Of a DNA stretch of 64,000 nucleotides, positions 39,254-52,100 are shown in pieces (positions within the stretch are counted from its first letter, which is position 1; each line of letters opens with the position of its first letter). Where the stretch lies: NCBI GenBank assembly GCA_036172245.1, contig JAYWIR010000028.1:2604001-2668000 (forward strand). The letters are read 5' to 3'. The position numbers and the translations under genes are program-made. This stretch comes from Raillietiella orientalis (Eukaryota). Below the pieces are notes generated by a model, which made no database searches, had not been told where the DNA came from, and saw only the letters and a list, made by a program, of their open reading frames with translations.

Positions 39254-40904
39254 GGACTCGCACCGCGAGTGAGTTTTCAAGAGTTTCCTTTTCTTTCTTT
39301 AGGTAGAAAAGTGCTGCCTCCACATTAAACGTGAGAAACGAATGATAAAAACCCAAGGAATTGAAGCTGAATTCTTGCGGATTGATAAAAGCAGGAAGAT
39401 TTGAGAAACTCAAATTTGTAATGTCAGAAGAAAAGCATTTTCAATGAGATAGCAGCACGTTGATGTAAAATCAGAGTTTTCTGCTAAATTGAATTGAAAA
39501 GACAGAAAAATGAACCCCCTTTTAATAGCCCCCCCTCGGTGGATTTCACCATTTCCATTTCATTTCCATTCACTTTATAGCAAAAACAAGAAAATGCTTG
39601 TTTTATCGTTGGTTTGAATCGTGGAAATTAGCTCTTTGCGACCAACTGGTATATAAGCCAATTTTTTTTTTTTCTTTTCGCACTAGACAGGTTTAATATC
39701 GTCTGTCATATAAGTACAGGAAAAATATATATATACAGTCATCGTTTGTGATTTGGTCTATGTGAATTCTGAAAAAGCCCTTTAGCATCACTCTTGTTCG
39801 TTCTCAGTTACGCATTTACTTAGCAGTATTGCACTTTTGGAGGAATCCGTCAGAATCTCAGGAATTTCAGATGCTTAAGTATTTACACCTCTACGATATT
39901 TGCGGCAACGTAATCAGCAGCTTGATCAAAGAAACAGAATAATGATTTGGATTGTGTCAGAAAGCTAATGCTGACATGGAATCGCTTGCATGCAAACCTC
40001 CCATTTCACTAAGACTCCTCCTATTTTTCGAACCTCCTTGTGATTTTAAGCCATCAACTAATAACTACTCTCTGCTCTCAGATGGCATCAATTCACTTCT
40101 GATATTGGATCAAAATCAAGTTGTTAAATTGAAGCACGTGAAGAATCAGTTTACATCGAAAATTGAATGCTTGTGACTTAGGAGTGCCTCGTATTTTTAA
40201 CGACTGTGGTCACTGCTACAAAGTCATGAAGAGATCCTGAAGAGAGTTCCTGCTAATGATTTTTGTTTTTCGATTTCTGTATAACAACAGTATAATCCTG
40301 GTGTAATACCTTCTTGGACTCAGTTGCTCTTCGCTGCACAGTTGTAATTACCAAAAGACAGACTTTGGTTTCCATGGTTTCCCACCATTCAGGGATGAAT
40401 TTTGAAAATGGAGAAGTCTTGCCTTCGATTAGCAAATAAGCGACAACATTCGACAGGAGCACCTCCTACGATATTCCGGGAACATGTGAGAGTGAAGTGC
40501 TCGGTAGATTTTCAGCAGCTGACAGCCATATCAATGCACATGCCCTATAAACAAGTGTCAGCATTCTTCGCTGCTCTCAAGAAATATTTTAAACATTCTA
40601 CATGTGACACAGTGGATATAGGTTTCAAGCATGAAAGCCCGCCATAAACTCAAAGTATCTAATCCGCTATTCGGATGAACAGTCATTAAATATAGCAAAT
40701 TGTCATATGCTTCTGCATGATAGAATCATAAGACACTGGCAGATGTACACATTCAAGAGCACTCTCTTCATGTATCCCTCTAGTACAGTTTTCTAGGAGA
40801 TTATTCAATTCCATCTGCATAACACACTGTATTTCCCAACCCATGTTTGCTCACACTTAAATCCGAAAAATATATCAAGGCCTTTCAGTAGAACTCAAGT
40901 CTCG

Positions 40905-43900
40905 CTTTTTCGAAAGGAATACGTGCGCCATATTTTCCTATTTTTCGGGGGACCCATCGTTCGCACGTTGACGTTTAACAGAACAAGAGGCGTGCCCCAA
41001 TTTTCGTTGCTGGTCTTCGGTGCCCTTGCAACCCACGTTCCCTATGACCCCTGATGCCACCGCCGAACGCACGGCTTATCGCTTTGGCGAAATCGAGCTA
41101 GCATGGAAATGGGGCGGTGACCACATGCAGGTGAGACCTGGAAGCATTCGGCATGTCAAAGTCACGCAGGCGAGCGCAGCGCGACCGCCTTGCGGTCGCT
41201 GCACCAATTTGTGGTGGCGACCGTCCGTGCACAACTGGGAGGTGGACGAACCCGGAAGTTTCCCGGAAGTCTTCATGAAGACTTTTCCGAAAAATGATCG
41301 AAGCATCAAGCAAACGAAGCAATTGCAGAGCCCCGGGAGCTCGCGGCACGAACCGGTTGGCGTATTCGTGGTTCATTTCGATTTTCTCAAATTCGAGCTC
41401 CCCGTGCCCCAAGGTCGCTTTGCATTGCGTCCGAGGCACGGCGACGAGGCGGGCACCACACCGAGAAACGAACCTGCGATTCCCCGGAAATGGAATTCTT
41501 CAGAGCGCTTTCCAAGGCGTTCGTGCTGACTTTCGAGAGAGGCCACGCGGGGAAAACGAGAAAAAGAATAAGCCCTCCGGCGAAGTAGCGGACGAAGGAT
41601 GCAAGCAGCCGGACCAGAGCTGGGGGGAATCGGGCTGGAACGACGCTTGCAGACCTCGGGAGCTGTCCCAGCTGGTTTGCGATCGGGAGCACTCGTGACC
41701 CAGCGGACTTGGGCCGCTCGTGCAAGTGTCGCGACCCAAAGACGTTATCGTTCCCGACGCTGGAACCGCGGGAAACGAATCCCACGTCCAGTTCGAGCGC
41801 TTTCCGATTGTCTCACAACCTCATTCGGCAGAACCCTGTCGACTGGTTAGTCGTTTGATTTCACGATCTGGCGAGGAATCCGATGGCGCACGACGACGAC
41901 CGATCTTCTTCCTTTGATTCCCGAATGGCGTGCAGCGTTCAATGACCAACCGCAAGAAAACTTCGTACGATTGATTGAAGCTTCTTGGTATGCGTGCACG
42001 TTCCAGGCTTCTAGCGCACAAATGCTGCTGAATGTCGGCGATGCAACGTCCCCGAAGCCAGTAGTAGAAGTTGGAGAAGCCAACTGATGCGCTTCTTTCG
42101 CTTCCTGATTTTCCTTTCGCTGTCTTGCTGCCTTCCTTGTTTAGCATTTTATGCATGCATTTCCAGCCACGTTCGAGGATGCGTGCTCTGTCCAAGCTGT
42201 CCCGCGGAACTGTCGACTTCATTTGCCGACAATTCTCGGACTCCGAAGCCAGCGCAGCATCCTTCCTGCAGGAAGCTGCGAGCGCTTTCAGCTTATCGAC
42301 GAGCCCTTCCATTCATTCTTCTCCCCCATCCGAGCTTCCAGAGCACGGTGCGAGGTGACAGAACACAAACGAAACCAACGACGGGCACCTGCATCGGCTC
42401 AGCCGGGGAACGCTGGCAATCCAAGTGTCTTCTTTTCCTGCATCACCGGAAAGCACCAACTGTTTACCTAGAGTATCTACTCCTATGCGAGTCCATGTTG
42501 AACCACTCTGACCATTCAAACCCATTCCAATGCCTATCAACAGCTACGACGAGCGACATAGACGGCCGCCCCGTCTCGCAACCCGACCAATTCTGACCAA
42601 CACGTCGGCAGCTTCCCGAATCTCCACGCTCTTCTTGAAAGGCAGCTCGTGCAGCAAGGTGGGCGGGCAGCAGCGCTTCCGCCCAACGATCGTCCGATTA
42701 CGCTTTCCTGAAACTCGGAAATGTCGAGATTGACGAGTTTCGACACGTTTCCCGGACACTCGTCAACAGTCAGGCAACACCGGATCGCATCCCGTGGCAT
42801 CGAAATGCAAAATCGAAAGAAGACTGTACCGCAAGCAAAGGTAACACGGCCCCGCTCGGAAGCGCCGAAACGCAATAGGAAAGGAATAGGTCGCCCTATG
42901 GATCGCCGCCCTACGAGAACGATATACGCGAGCGTTGGAGCCGCGCTTGGCGTACATTCCGCGTTGAAGATTTGCGTGCTTTCCTTTCGAGTTTGGCCCG
43001 CTGGGCGTGGGCTGCCCGGCGCACCAGGCGAGGGCACTAACGGTGGGCAACAAACCGATGCGTGTCCACGTGGTTGCTCGCTCTTCCGACTTCTCCGGCA
43101 CGTGCGAAGCAGGCGGACCCCAAAGAAGGTGGCAATTAAGTACAAGCATTAAGTGAAGTGCTTACCCGTTCAATCCGAGGGTGGAAAGATCTTTCCCACT
43201 TTCATCGGATGGATTCCGCCCTCTGCTCTGCGCGGTTACGATGCGAACAAAGCAACCGGAACCTATTGCAAACCGTGTTTTCAAAACACACACACACACA
43301 CACAGGATGCGCGTGCTTGAACACGAAGGAAGCAAAAGTGGAAACAAGAAGCAAGAGTTAACAACACTTCGCTGCGAGTTTGCGCTCGGCGGTGACAGCC
43401 GAACATTTGTTGGGAGGGAAAGCGGCAGAAGCAGTGTGGGGGCTTCTCCAGAAATGCCCTCGCAAATCCGCAAAACCCTTCTCGGAGGCCCCAAATGCCG
43501 AAAGCGGAAGGCCCACTCCGAACAAACGCACTGCCTTCTGCGCACGGCAGGCAAAGAACACGGCCACGCCCGAACGCGTCCGTTGCACCCGAATTCCGTG
43601 TGCTCACGCTCGACCTTCTCTGCGATTCGAGGAGGAACGAAAATCGAAATGCCGAAGAATCTTTGCCTTCCCGCAGAACGGAGCTCTGCACGAAGCGCTG
43701 AAGGGGCGTCGCGCCTGCAGAAAGGAACCACCGAAACAAGAAAACCGAGGTAGCAAAGGAGAAACGAAGACAGACATGGTTTTTTGAAAGTTTTGGTCCT
43801 TCAGTCCTTGAGCTCGTGCTTCGTAAATTCAAACGTTTATTGTACTTTACACGGTGAGGATTGGTGGAGCATTCTCACTTCACCGATCACAAAACGCACA

Positions 43901-45514
43901 CACTTTCAGAAAGTAAGTCGGTGCCTCCACTCAAGTTGAAGGAGAGCCCCTAAGCATGATTACACGTATGACCACCATCACAGTAAACAAAAGGGCGGTT
44001 ACTAAGCAGGAAGTTGATTTACAGGTCACGGGAGCAGCTTCCGTTGTGGTGGTAGTGGGGGCGGCGGTGGTGGTGGTGACAGCCGAGCCGCATAAGAGCT
44101 CGGCTAACCACGTGAAGACCCCTCTCATCTCAACACCATTTTCCACTCTGAAAGTCATCGAGAATGAGTTCCATCGGTCACAATCACGTGTTCGCGTCAT
44201 TACTGCCTCGCAGCTATTTCTGCTGTGATTCCGGTGGAATGCTGCAACCTCGCAAAGGCAGATGCGGAACATCTTCGCAAATCAAGCCCTTGGTAAATTG
44301 AAGAAAGAAAATTACTCGATCGCATTATGTCATGGAATGCTGCTTTGCTGGCATTCAGCAAAATTTGCAGACTCTTTCTCGGAAGAATAACACGCTTCAA
44401 GCAACACGCGTCTTCACCCGTCCACCGATTGCAAAAGGGCACTTACCGCAAAGAAACAGAAGCAAAGTGGTGCACTTTGCTGCAAAGCGCATTTTCGCTT
44501 CCCAGGACGGTCAAGCATAGAAGAGCACAGAATGACAGCAGCACAGAATATGTGTTTACATGCATGTTCAGGTTTTACATCTGTTCGAGAATCGGAAACC
44601 GCTCAAGACGATTCGAATGCTTGCATCTGCTTCAAGGCTTACATCTGGTTCATCTGATGGAGATGGGAAGTTCGATTTTCGCGGGATCCAGCTCCAGCTC
44701 CCACCAGCAATCCAACTGCATCGGCATAGCTGGAGTTTCGTCGAGGCAATTGCATCGTCGGCGAACAGTTTGCTCGTCGGTGCTTGTACTTTTTGAGAAT
44801 TCCGTAAACAGCGTCCCAGCCTGCGTACAGTACACATGCAGGCAGTTGGTTTCGCGTGACGAGCATCTCGCCGATGCCCCGTGCCAGGGGTGAAGAAGAT
44901 ACGCGGGCGCGACTTGCAAACATCGGTGTGGAACCAAGACGCGCAGCCGAATCGGCGGAGGCTGTGGTCTGGCTCTTGCTTTCGATGCGCCTCCCAAATC
45001 CAGGGCGGCGGAGGAACCTTTTCTCTGAGCATGCCGGACGAACAGAAACTTCACACACACACCGTCACTTCACTTCGTAATAACCAAAGTATGTTCATAC
45101 TCGGAGGTGCCTTTCCAAACTCCTTCTCCTTCGCAAGACAGGAATCCTCAAATGCCTAAAAAAGAGTCAGCTGTGTCGGCTTTGCTGGCGCCCATCTGAG
45201 AAGCACCGACGTCGGTGACCAACGTTTTCGCACCGCATCCGAGTCGGAAGGGAAATGGGGCCGCCGCAGGCTTGGGCTTGGGTCGCCCTCGCCGTCTGCC
45301 ACGACATGGGAACCAATGTCCCATGGCATTGCAGAATCTCGTAATGGACTGACCACGAAGCTCCATCGTGCCTGCTTCAACCACACCTTTCCGTTGATGG
45401 TTCGGAGGCACTGTTCCCCCAAACGGTTGCAGTCGGCTGTTCATTTCAAAGGAAATAAGCATAGAGTGAAGGAGAATACAGACGAGTTGCCACGCGGCAG
45501 CTTCGAAAAAAAGG
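40905..45514. repeat. Left arm (4610 bp) of a large near-perfect inverted repeat; GC-rich, function unknown
   Basis: Reverse complement of 49154-53762. The ORF track is mirrored, with coordinate sums of 94667. Junctions were checked by hand. Confidence 0.97.
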
Positions 45515-46872
45515 TAACAGAGTTGAATTTTTGGGTTTTGCCTCTTCACAGTTGCTCACTGTGAAAATGAAGGGATTCTTTCGTATTGCGGGGAAGCGAC
45601 GTGACTTCCGCAGTGCAGTTGCTATGAATAGAGTCAGTGACTTTACAGCAGTGTTCGCAGCTGAAAACTCAATGGTCTGAAGGGAGGCTGGAAATCTGAA
45701 GGACATGATGCCCTATGAATGCCAGAAATGACTGTGTTCCGAGTTACAGTTTCGCCCTCAATATTGAAGTTTGAGAACTGATTCCAACAAAGTACGTTGT
45801 ATGCTTGTTTTTCAATAAACACCTCTAATAGTGGTTAAAATACTGGACTCTTTTGATTCTAGATTTTGCAATTTTTCACAAATCCAATCAAATGAAAACG
45901 TATGTGAATCGTTCAAACGGTTGCTTTATGTTTTGTTATTCTAATTACGAATTTTCTACTAACTGCATTTATATTGAAGGCAAGGTATAATTAAAGAAAA
46001 TTTTACAAGGTATTCCTACAATGTTCCTTCTTACAATGTTCACTGCATTGTGAAAGTACACTCCATTCCAATTTCCAATTGCAGAATAGACTTAGAGTTT
46101 TCTTCCTCTCATCTATGTATTGCTTATCAGGAAATCCTCAACACCTTGGATTTGGGGAAGTTCCCAAACAACTAACATGCTGAACATCACTTTTGTTTTG
46201 CTTTGTTCTCCAGTGTTATTAGTTTTGTCTTGCTTTGATGCAATGAACATCATGCAACAAACAATTATTTGTTTGGTTACTGCAGTCAATAAAATATAGA
46301 ATCATATAAACGAAAGCCATTCACTACAAATAGCATTAGTAATTATTGCTAGCAACCAAATCAATATGAACATTCCAGATTGTAAAAAATTTATATTCCA
46401 TATGAAGGGATGTAAATTTTCTGATGAAGAAACCAAAGCAATTAATTTCGAGGCATGTTGTCAGGAATGCATCAGAATGGTACAAATATTTGTATCAAAA
46501 CATGGGAACTATTAAGAAATATCCATGCATATTATGGAAACTTTTACAAAATTTTTGATTTTAATTAGATCAGTGCAAAATTGCTAACAGCCTCATCCAT
46601 TTTGAATAACTCCATCAAGATTAAAGAGTTGCAAACATGACGAAACTAACATTGGACTCTGGACATGCTGTTCAAGGAAAACTACTGTTCCAACTTTTTA
46701 TTTCATTTACTTATTATTTCATTGCAAGTGCGATAATTTCATGTTGCTCAAAACCTTGCTAATTAGCCTAGAATTTTCGACATATGCTGTACTTACATGG
46801 CAGCTCGAACAGTCAAATACGGCATATATCATGTGCTTTGAAATGTACATTAACGAAATGCGAATTTCTCGA

Positions 46873-47277
46873 TCAGCACAAAAAAGTACCGGAAATTATT
46901 TTGTGCATAGCATCTCTTTCTTCTCTATTCAAGGGTTCTATACAATGGCCTCTCCAGTTAGCTTTACCCTCAACGTCATTTAGTTCATTAAGCTTCATTT
47001 TCAAATTATGGTGCAACTGATCAACTTCCATTTGATAATTGTTCTTATCTCTTTCTAACATTTGTTGGGAATGCTTAGTACCAACTTTCAAGAACACCTT
47101 TCCGAAGCACAGCCACGTCTTGTCTGCATTTACATGTTTCAGTGCACTTAATGCTTCTCTGGTTTTATTTATGCGATTGTTTGCATCAAAAATCTCCTGT
47201 TTTATCGTAAGAACTTCGTCTGCAGCTACTTCGACAGCATTTAGGTACTTGTAAATGTGATTTGGGGGGTATGCCAT
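46873..47277 (-). CDS. PDRG1: p53 and DNA damage-regulated protein 1 (beta-prefoldin-like subunit of the R2TP/PFDL complex), single exon, 134 aa
   Basis: MAYPPNHIYKYLNAVEVAADEVLTIKQEIFD...NKTREALSAL...KTWLCFGKVFLKV...MLERDK...LKMKLNELNDVEGK...GHCIEPLNREE follows the PDRG1 pattern (YL.EVE..AE.VL; NREALRAL; CFG..F; EGK...GF.L.PL). Confidence 0.88.
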   Translation of the reverse strand: MAYPPNHIYKYLNAVEVAADEVLTIKQEIFDANNRINKTREALSALKHVNADKTWLCFGKVFLKVGTKHSQQMLERDKNNYQMEVDQLHHNLKMKLNELNDVEGKANWRGHCIEPLNREERDAMHKIISGTFLC

Positions 47278-49153
47278 TTTGATTTCACTATTCCATTCTC
47301 CCTCACAATTTTCATTCGAGACACTCTGCAATGCCCTCAAACTGCACGCACCTCACGCACAGCACGGCAACTCGCTTAGCGCCCACCGCTACGCGCTAAT
47401 GGCGTCGCTGATCTCCGAGCAACCGACAGGCGTTCTGCATGGAAAAAAGGCGCACGCTTTCCCAGACTAAATTCGCAATTTTCACAAACATTATTTGAGT
47501 ACTTTACTTTGCAGAGTTTTCGGTGGTCACCTGGGTATTTTTCAAAACTCAAACCGCACAGGATTTATGAAACCGGTTTCTCATTTAATAAAGACAGTTT
47601 GTCATTGTGAAATTCATTAGTGGAGAGCAGGCAACCACAGTTTGCTGAAGCAAACAGCATTACATAAAGAAGAAAAAAAGTTAACTAACAAGAAATAACT
47701 ATTTCAAAATAAAGATTTACAGCCATGTACCAATATGCAGCTACTCCAGAATCCATATAAGTGATGCTTGTGACAATGGATAACTAGTAATTAATTTTAC
47801 TAACTTGTACAATCATTAACGAGTTTATTCCAGAACTCAAACCAAAATGGCTGTCCATGTAAGCAATGATGCATCATAGAAAACATGTCTGAGTTTGACT
47901 TTGACATTGAGGTATGAAAACGTAGCATATCGTGCTTATCACTTGGAAACTCGTGGAAAAGAAAATGACTCCAGTCCCAATACAGATGTGCATGCGGCAG
48001 TTTTTAGTTCAAGGGATGAGATCGTCAGATTTTAAAATAATTTGATTGTGATAGTTGTAGAGAAGAGAATATTCCAATGTTCAGAAATTTGTAATACATC
48101 GATCAGTTTTAGCCATTTATAGAGTGGGCGAATTGGAGTTAACAAAGCTGGAGGATACAAGGATTCAAAGAAGTGAGGTTTCAGCTCAATAGGCAGGGAT
48201 CCATTCCCTATTCTGCAATAACAAATTATCCGTGCATCTTCAACTGTAGGCATTATTTTAATCATTCAAGAGGGAAGCGATATCTGTGCTACTGATCAAA
48301 AACTCAAATTGAGAAACGAAAAAGCCATGAATATTTGAATATTAAAGGTTGGGAACATGGGCTAGCGTTCGGTAAGGGGAATGTCAGTATCATTCCAAGT
48401 TCAAAATATGATATCTCAATCCAAGATTAGAAGTATTCTAGTATTACCAGAGTAATTTGTAAGCTTCACCTCACCAACGTAAAACTTTCATTTTGACATC
48501 GAATCAAACTGAATTTTATCTACGTAAAATTAGTGTTCAGTTGAACGGATCAGATGGCCGTCACACTCCCAGAAGGGAATTCTCATGGTGATTTCGAACA
48601 GTAAATCAACCCGTTTTCTTGTGTTGCTTGTTTTATTTCAAATTTGAGAACATACTTTTGCATATAGACAAGAAATCTTTCTTGCAATATGATTCGCATG
48701 TCGTTGCTAGTCATTACGGCTACGGAGGAAGGTTAAGAGAACACATGAAGAAAGTTACAAACATTAATAAACAGACCTTTGGTTCTTGTTACAAAATACT
48801 TTTCACTGAGTTCAGCATACAAGAACTCCAGGGCTTCAGCAGCTGCAGGAGCGGGCTTGGTCCAGACAAAGTGCTCTGCCGCCTAGACCTATAGGGCAGA
48901 CGAATGAGGGTATTAAATGATAAATTTGCAGAACATCCTAAAGATTCAACTCACATTCAAAAGATGAACCTTTTGTATTCCAATGTCCTTCTGTCATTAC
49001 AATCGCATGAAAGATTACTGCCAGATGAATGAAAATCCGTGGAAACTAATCCATGGAGATGATCTAGGAAAACTAAACTACGTACAGAGGAGTTAAAACA
49101 CCTTCCAGGAAACAATACGAAATCTTCTGCTTTCAAATTTTTAGACTCAATTG

Positions 49154-52100
49154 CCTTTTTTTCAAAGCTGCCGCGTGGCAACTCGTCTGTATTCTCCTTC
49201 ACTCTATGCTTATTTCCTTTGAAATGAACAGCCGACTGCAACCGTTTGGGGGAACAGTGCCTCCGAACCATCAACGGAAAGGTGTGGTTGAAGCAGGCAC
49301 GATGGAGCTTCGTGGTCAGTCCATTACGAGATTCTGCAATGCCATGGGACATTGGTTCCCATGTCGTGGCAGACGGCGAGGGCGACCCAAGCCCAAGCCT
49401 GCGGCGGCCCCATTTCCCTTCCGACTCGGATGCGGTGCGAAAACGTTGGTCACCGACGTCGGTGCTTCTCAGATGGGCGCCAGCAAAGCCGACACAGCTG
49501 ACTCTTTTTAGGCATTTGAGGATTCCTGTCTTGCGAAGGAGAAGGAGTTTGGAAAGGCACCTCCGAGTATGAACATACTTTGGTTATTACGAAGTGAAGT
49601 GACGGTGTGTGTGTGAAGTTTCTGTTCGTCCGGCATGCTCAGAGAAAAGGTTCCTCCGCCGCCCTGGATTTGGGAGGCGCATCGAAAGCAAGAGCCAGAC
49701 CACAGCCTCCGCCGATTCGGCTGCGCGTCTTGGTTCCACACCGATGTTTGCAAGTCGCGCCCGCGTATCTTCTTCACCCCTGGCACGGGGCATCGGCGAG
49801 ATGCTCGTCACGCGAAACCAACTGCCTGCATGTGTACTGTACGCAGGCTGGGACGCTGTTTACGGAATTCTCAAAAAGTACAAGCACCGACGAGCAAACT
49901 GTTCGCCGACGATGCAATTGCCTCGACGAAACTCCAGCTATGCCGATGCAGTTGGATTGCTGGTGGGAGCTGGAGCTGGATCCCGCGAAAATCGAACTTC
50001 CCATCTCCATCAGATGAACCAGATGTAAGCCTTGAAGCAGATGCAAGCATTCGAATCGTCTTGAGCGGTTTCCGATTCTCGAACAGATGTAAAACCTGAA
50101 CATGCATGTAAACACATATTCTGTGCTGCTGTCATTCTGTGCTCTTCTATGCTTGACCGTCCTGGGAAGCGAAAATGCGCTTTGCAGCAAAGTGCACCAC
50201 TTTGCTTCTGTTTCTTTGCGGTAAGTGCCCTTTTGCAATCGGTGGACGGGTGAAGACGCGTGTTGCTTGAAGCGTGTTATTCTTCCGAGAAAGAGTCTGC
50301 AAATTTTGCTGAATGCCAGCAAAGCAGCATTCCATGACATAATGCGATCGAGTAATTTTCTTTCTTCAATTTACCAAGGGCTTGATTTGCGAAGATGTTC
50401 CGCATCTGCCTTTGCGAGGTTGCAGCATTCCACCGGAATCACAGCAGAAATAGCTGCGAGGCAGTAATGACGCGAACACGTGATTGTGACCGATGGAACT
50501 CATTCTCGATGACTTTCAGAGTGGAAAATGGTGTTGAGATGAGAGGGGTCTTCACGTGGTTAGCCGAGCTCTTATGCGGCTCGGCTGTCACCACCACCAC
50601 CGCCGCCCCCACTACCACCACAACGGAAGCTGCTCCCGTGACCTGTAAATCAACTTCCTGCTTAGTAACCGCCCTTTTGTTTACTGTGATGGTGGTCATA
50701 CGTGTAATCATGCTTAGGGGCTCTCCTTCAACTTGAGTGGAGGCACCGACTTACTTTCTGAAAGTGTGTGCGTTTTGTGATCGGTGAAGTGAGAATGCTC
50801 CACCAATCCTCACCGTGTAAAGTACAATAAACGTTTGAATTTACGAAGCACGAGCTCAAGGACTGAAGGACCAAAACTTTCAAAAAACCATGTCTGTCTT
50901 CGTTTCTCCTTTGCTACCTCGGTTTTCTTGTTTCGGTGGTTCCTTTCTGCAGGCGCGACGCCCCTTCAGCGCTTCGTGCAGAGCTCCGTTCTGCGGGAAG
51001 GCAAAGATTCTTCGGCATTTCGATTTTCGTTCCTCCTCGAATCGCAGAGAAGGTCGAGCGTGAGCACACGGAATTCGGGTGCAACGGACGCGTTCGGGCG
51101 TGGCCGTGTTCTTTGCCTGCCGTGCGCAGAAGGCAGTGCGTTTGTTCGGAGTGGGCCTTCCGCTTTCGGCATTTGGGGCCTCCGAGAAGGGTTTTGCGGA
51201 TTTGCGAGGGCATTTCTGGAGAAGCCCCCACACTGCTTCTGCCGCTTTCCCTCCCAACAAATGTTCGGCTGTCACCGCCGAGCGCAAACTCGCAGCGAAG
51301 TGTTGTTAACTCTTGCTTCTTGTTTCCACTTTTGCTTCCTTCGTGTTCAAGCACGCGCATCCTGTGTGTGTGTGTGTGTGTTTTGAAAACACGGTTTGCA
51401 ATAGGTTCCGGTTGCTTTGTTCGCATCGTAACCGCGCAGAGCAGAGGGCGGAATCCATCCGATGAAAGTGGGAAAGATCTTTCCACCCTCGGATTGAACG
51501 GGTAAGCACTTCACTTAATGCTTGTACTTAATTGCCACCTTCTTTGGGGTCCGCCTGCTTCGCACGTGCCGGAGAAGTCGGAAGAGCGAGCAACCACGTG
51601 GACACGCATCGGTTTGTTGCCCACCGTTAGTGCCCTCGCCTGGTGCGCCGGGCAGCCCACGCCCAGCGGGCCAAACTCGAAAGGAAAGCACGCAAATCTT
51701 CAACGCGGAATGTACGCCAAGCGCGGCTCCAACGCTCGCGTATATCGTTCTCGTAGGGCGGCGATCCATAGGGCGACCTATTCCTTTCCTATTGCGTTTC
51801 GGCGCTTCCGAGCGGGGCCGTGTTACCTTTGCTTGCGGTACAGTCTTCTTTCGATTTTGCATTTCGATGCCACGGGATGCGATCCGGTGTTGCCTGACTG
51901 TTGACGAGTGTCCGGGAAACGTGTCGAAACTCGTCAATCTCGACATTTCCGAGTTTCAGGAAAGCGTAATCGGACGATCGTTGGGCGGAAGCGCTGCTGC
52001 CCGCCCACCTTGCTGCACGAGCTGCCTTTCAAGAAGAGCGTGGAGATTCGGGAAGCTGCCGACGTGTTGGTCAGAATTGGTCGGGTTGCGAGACGGGGCG

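Noticed and set aside
41020..45564. Dense overlapping ORFs in all six frames, mirrored at 48957-53647
   Set aside because: Expected from high GC content and duplicated by the inverted repeat. No transposase, RT, integrase or other recognisable domain.
47399..48900. Possible + strand multi-exon gene in the spacer, divergent from PDRG1
   Set aside because: Splice-like sites are present, but there is no consistent frame or recognisable product.
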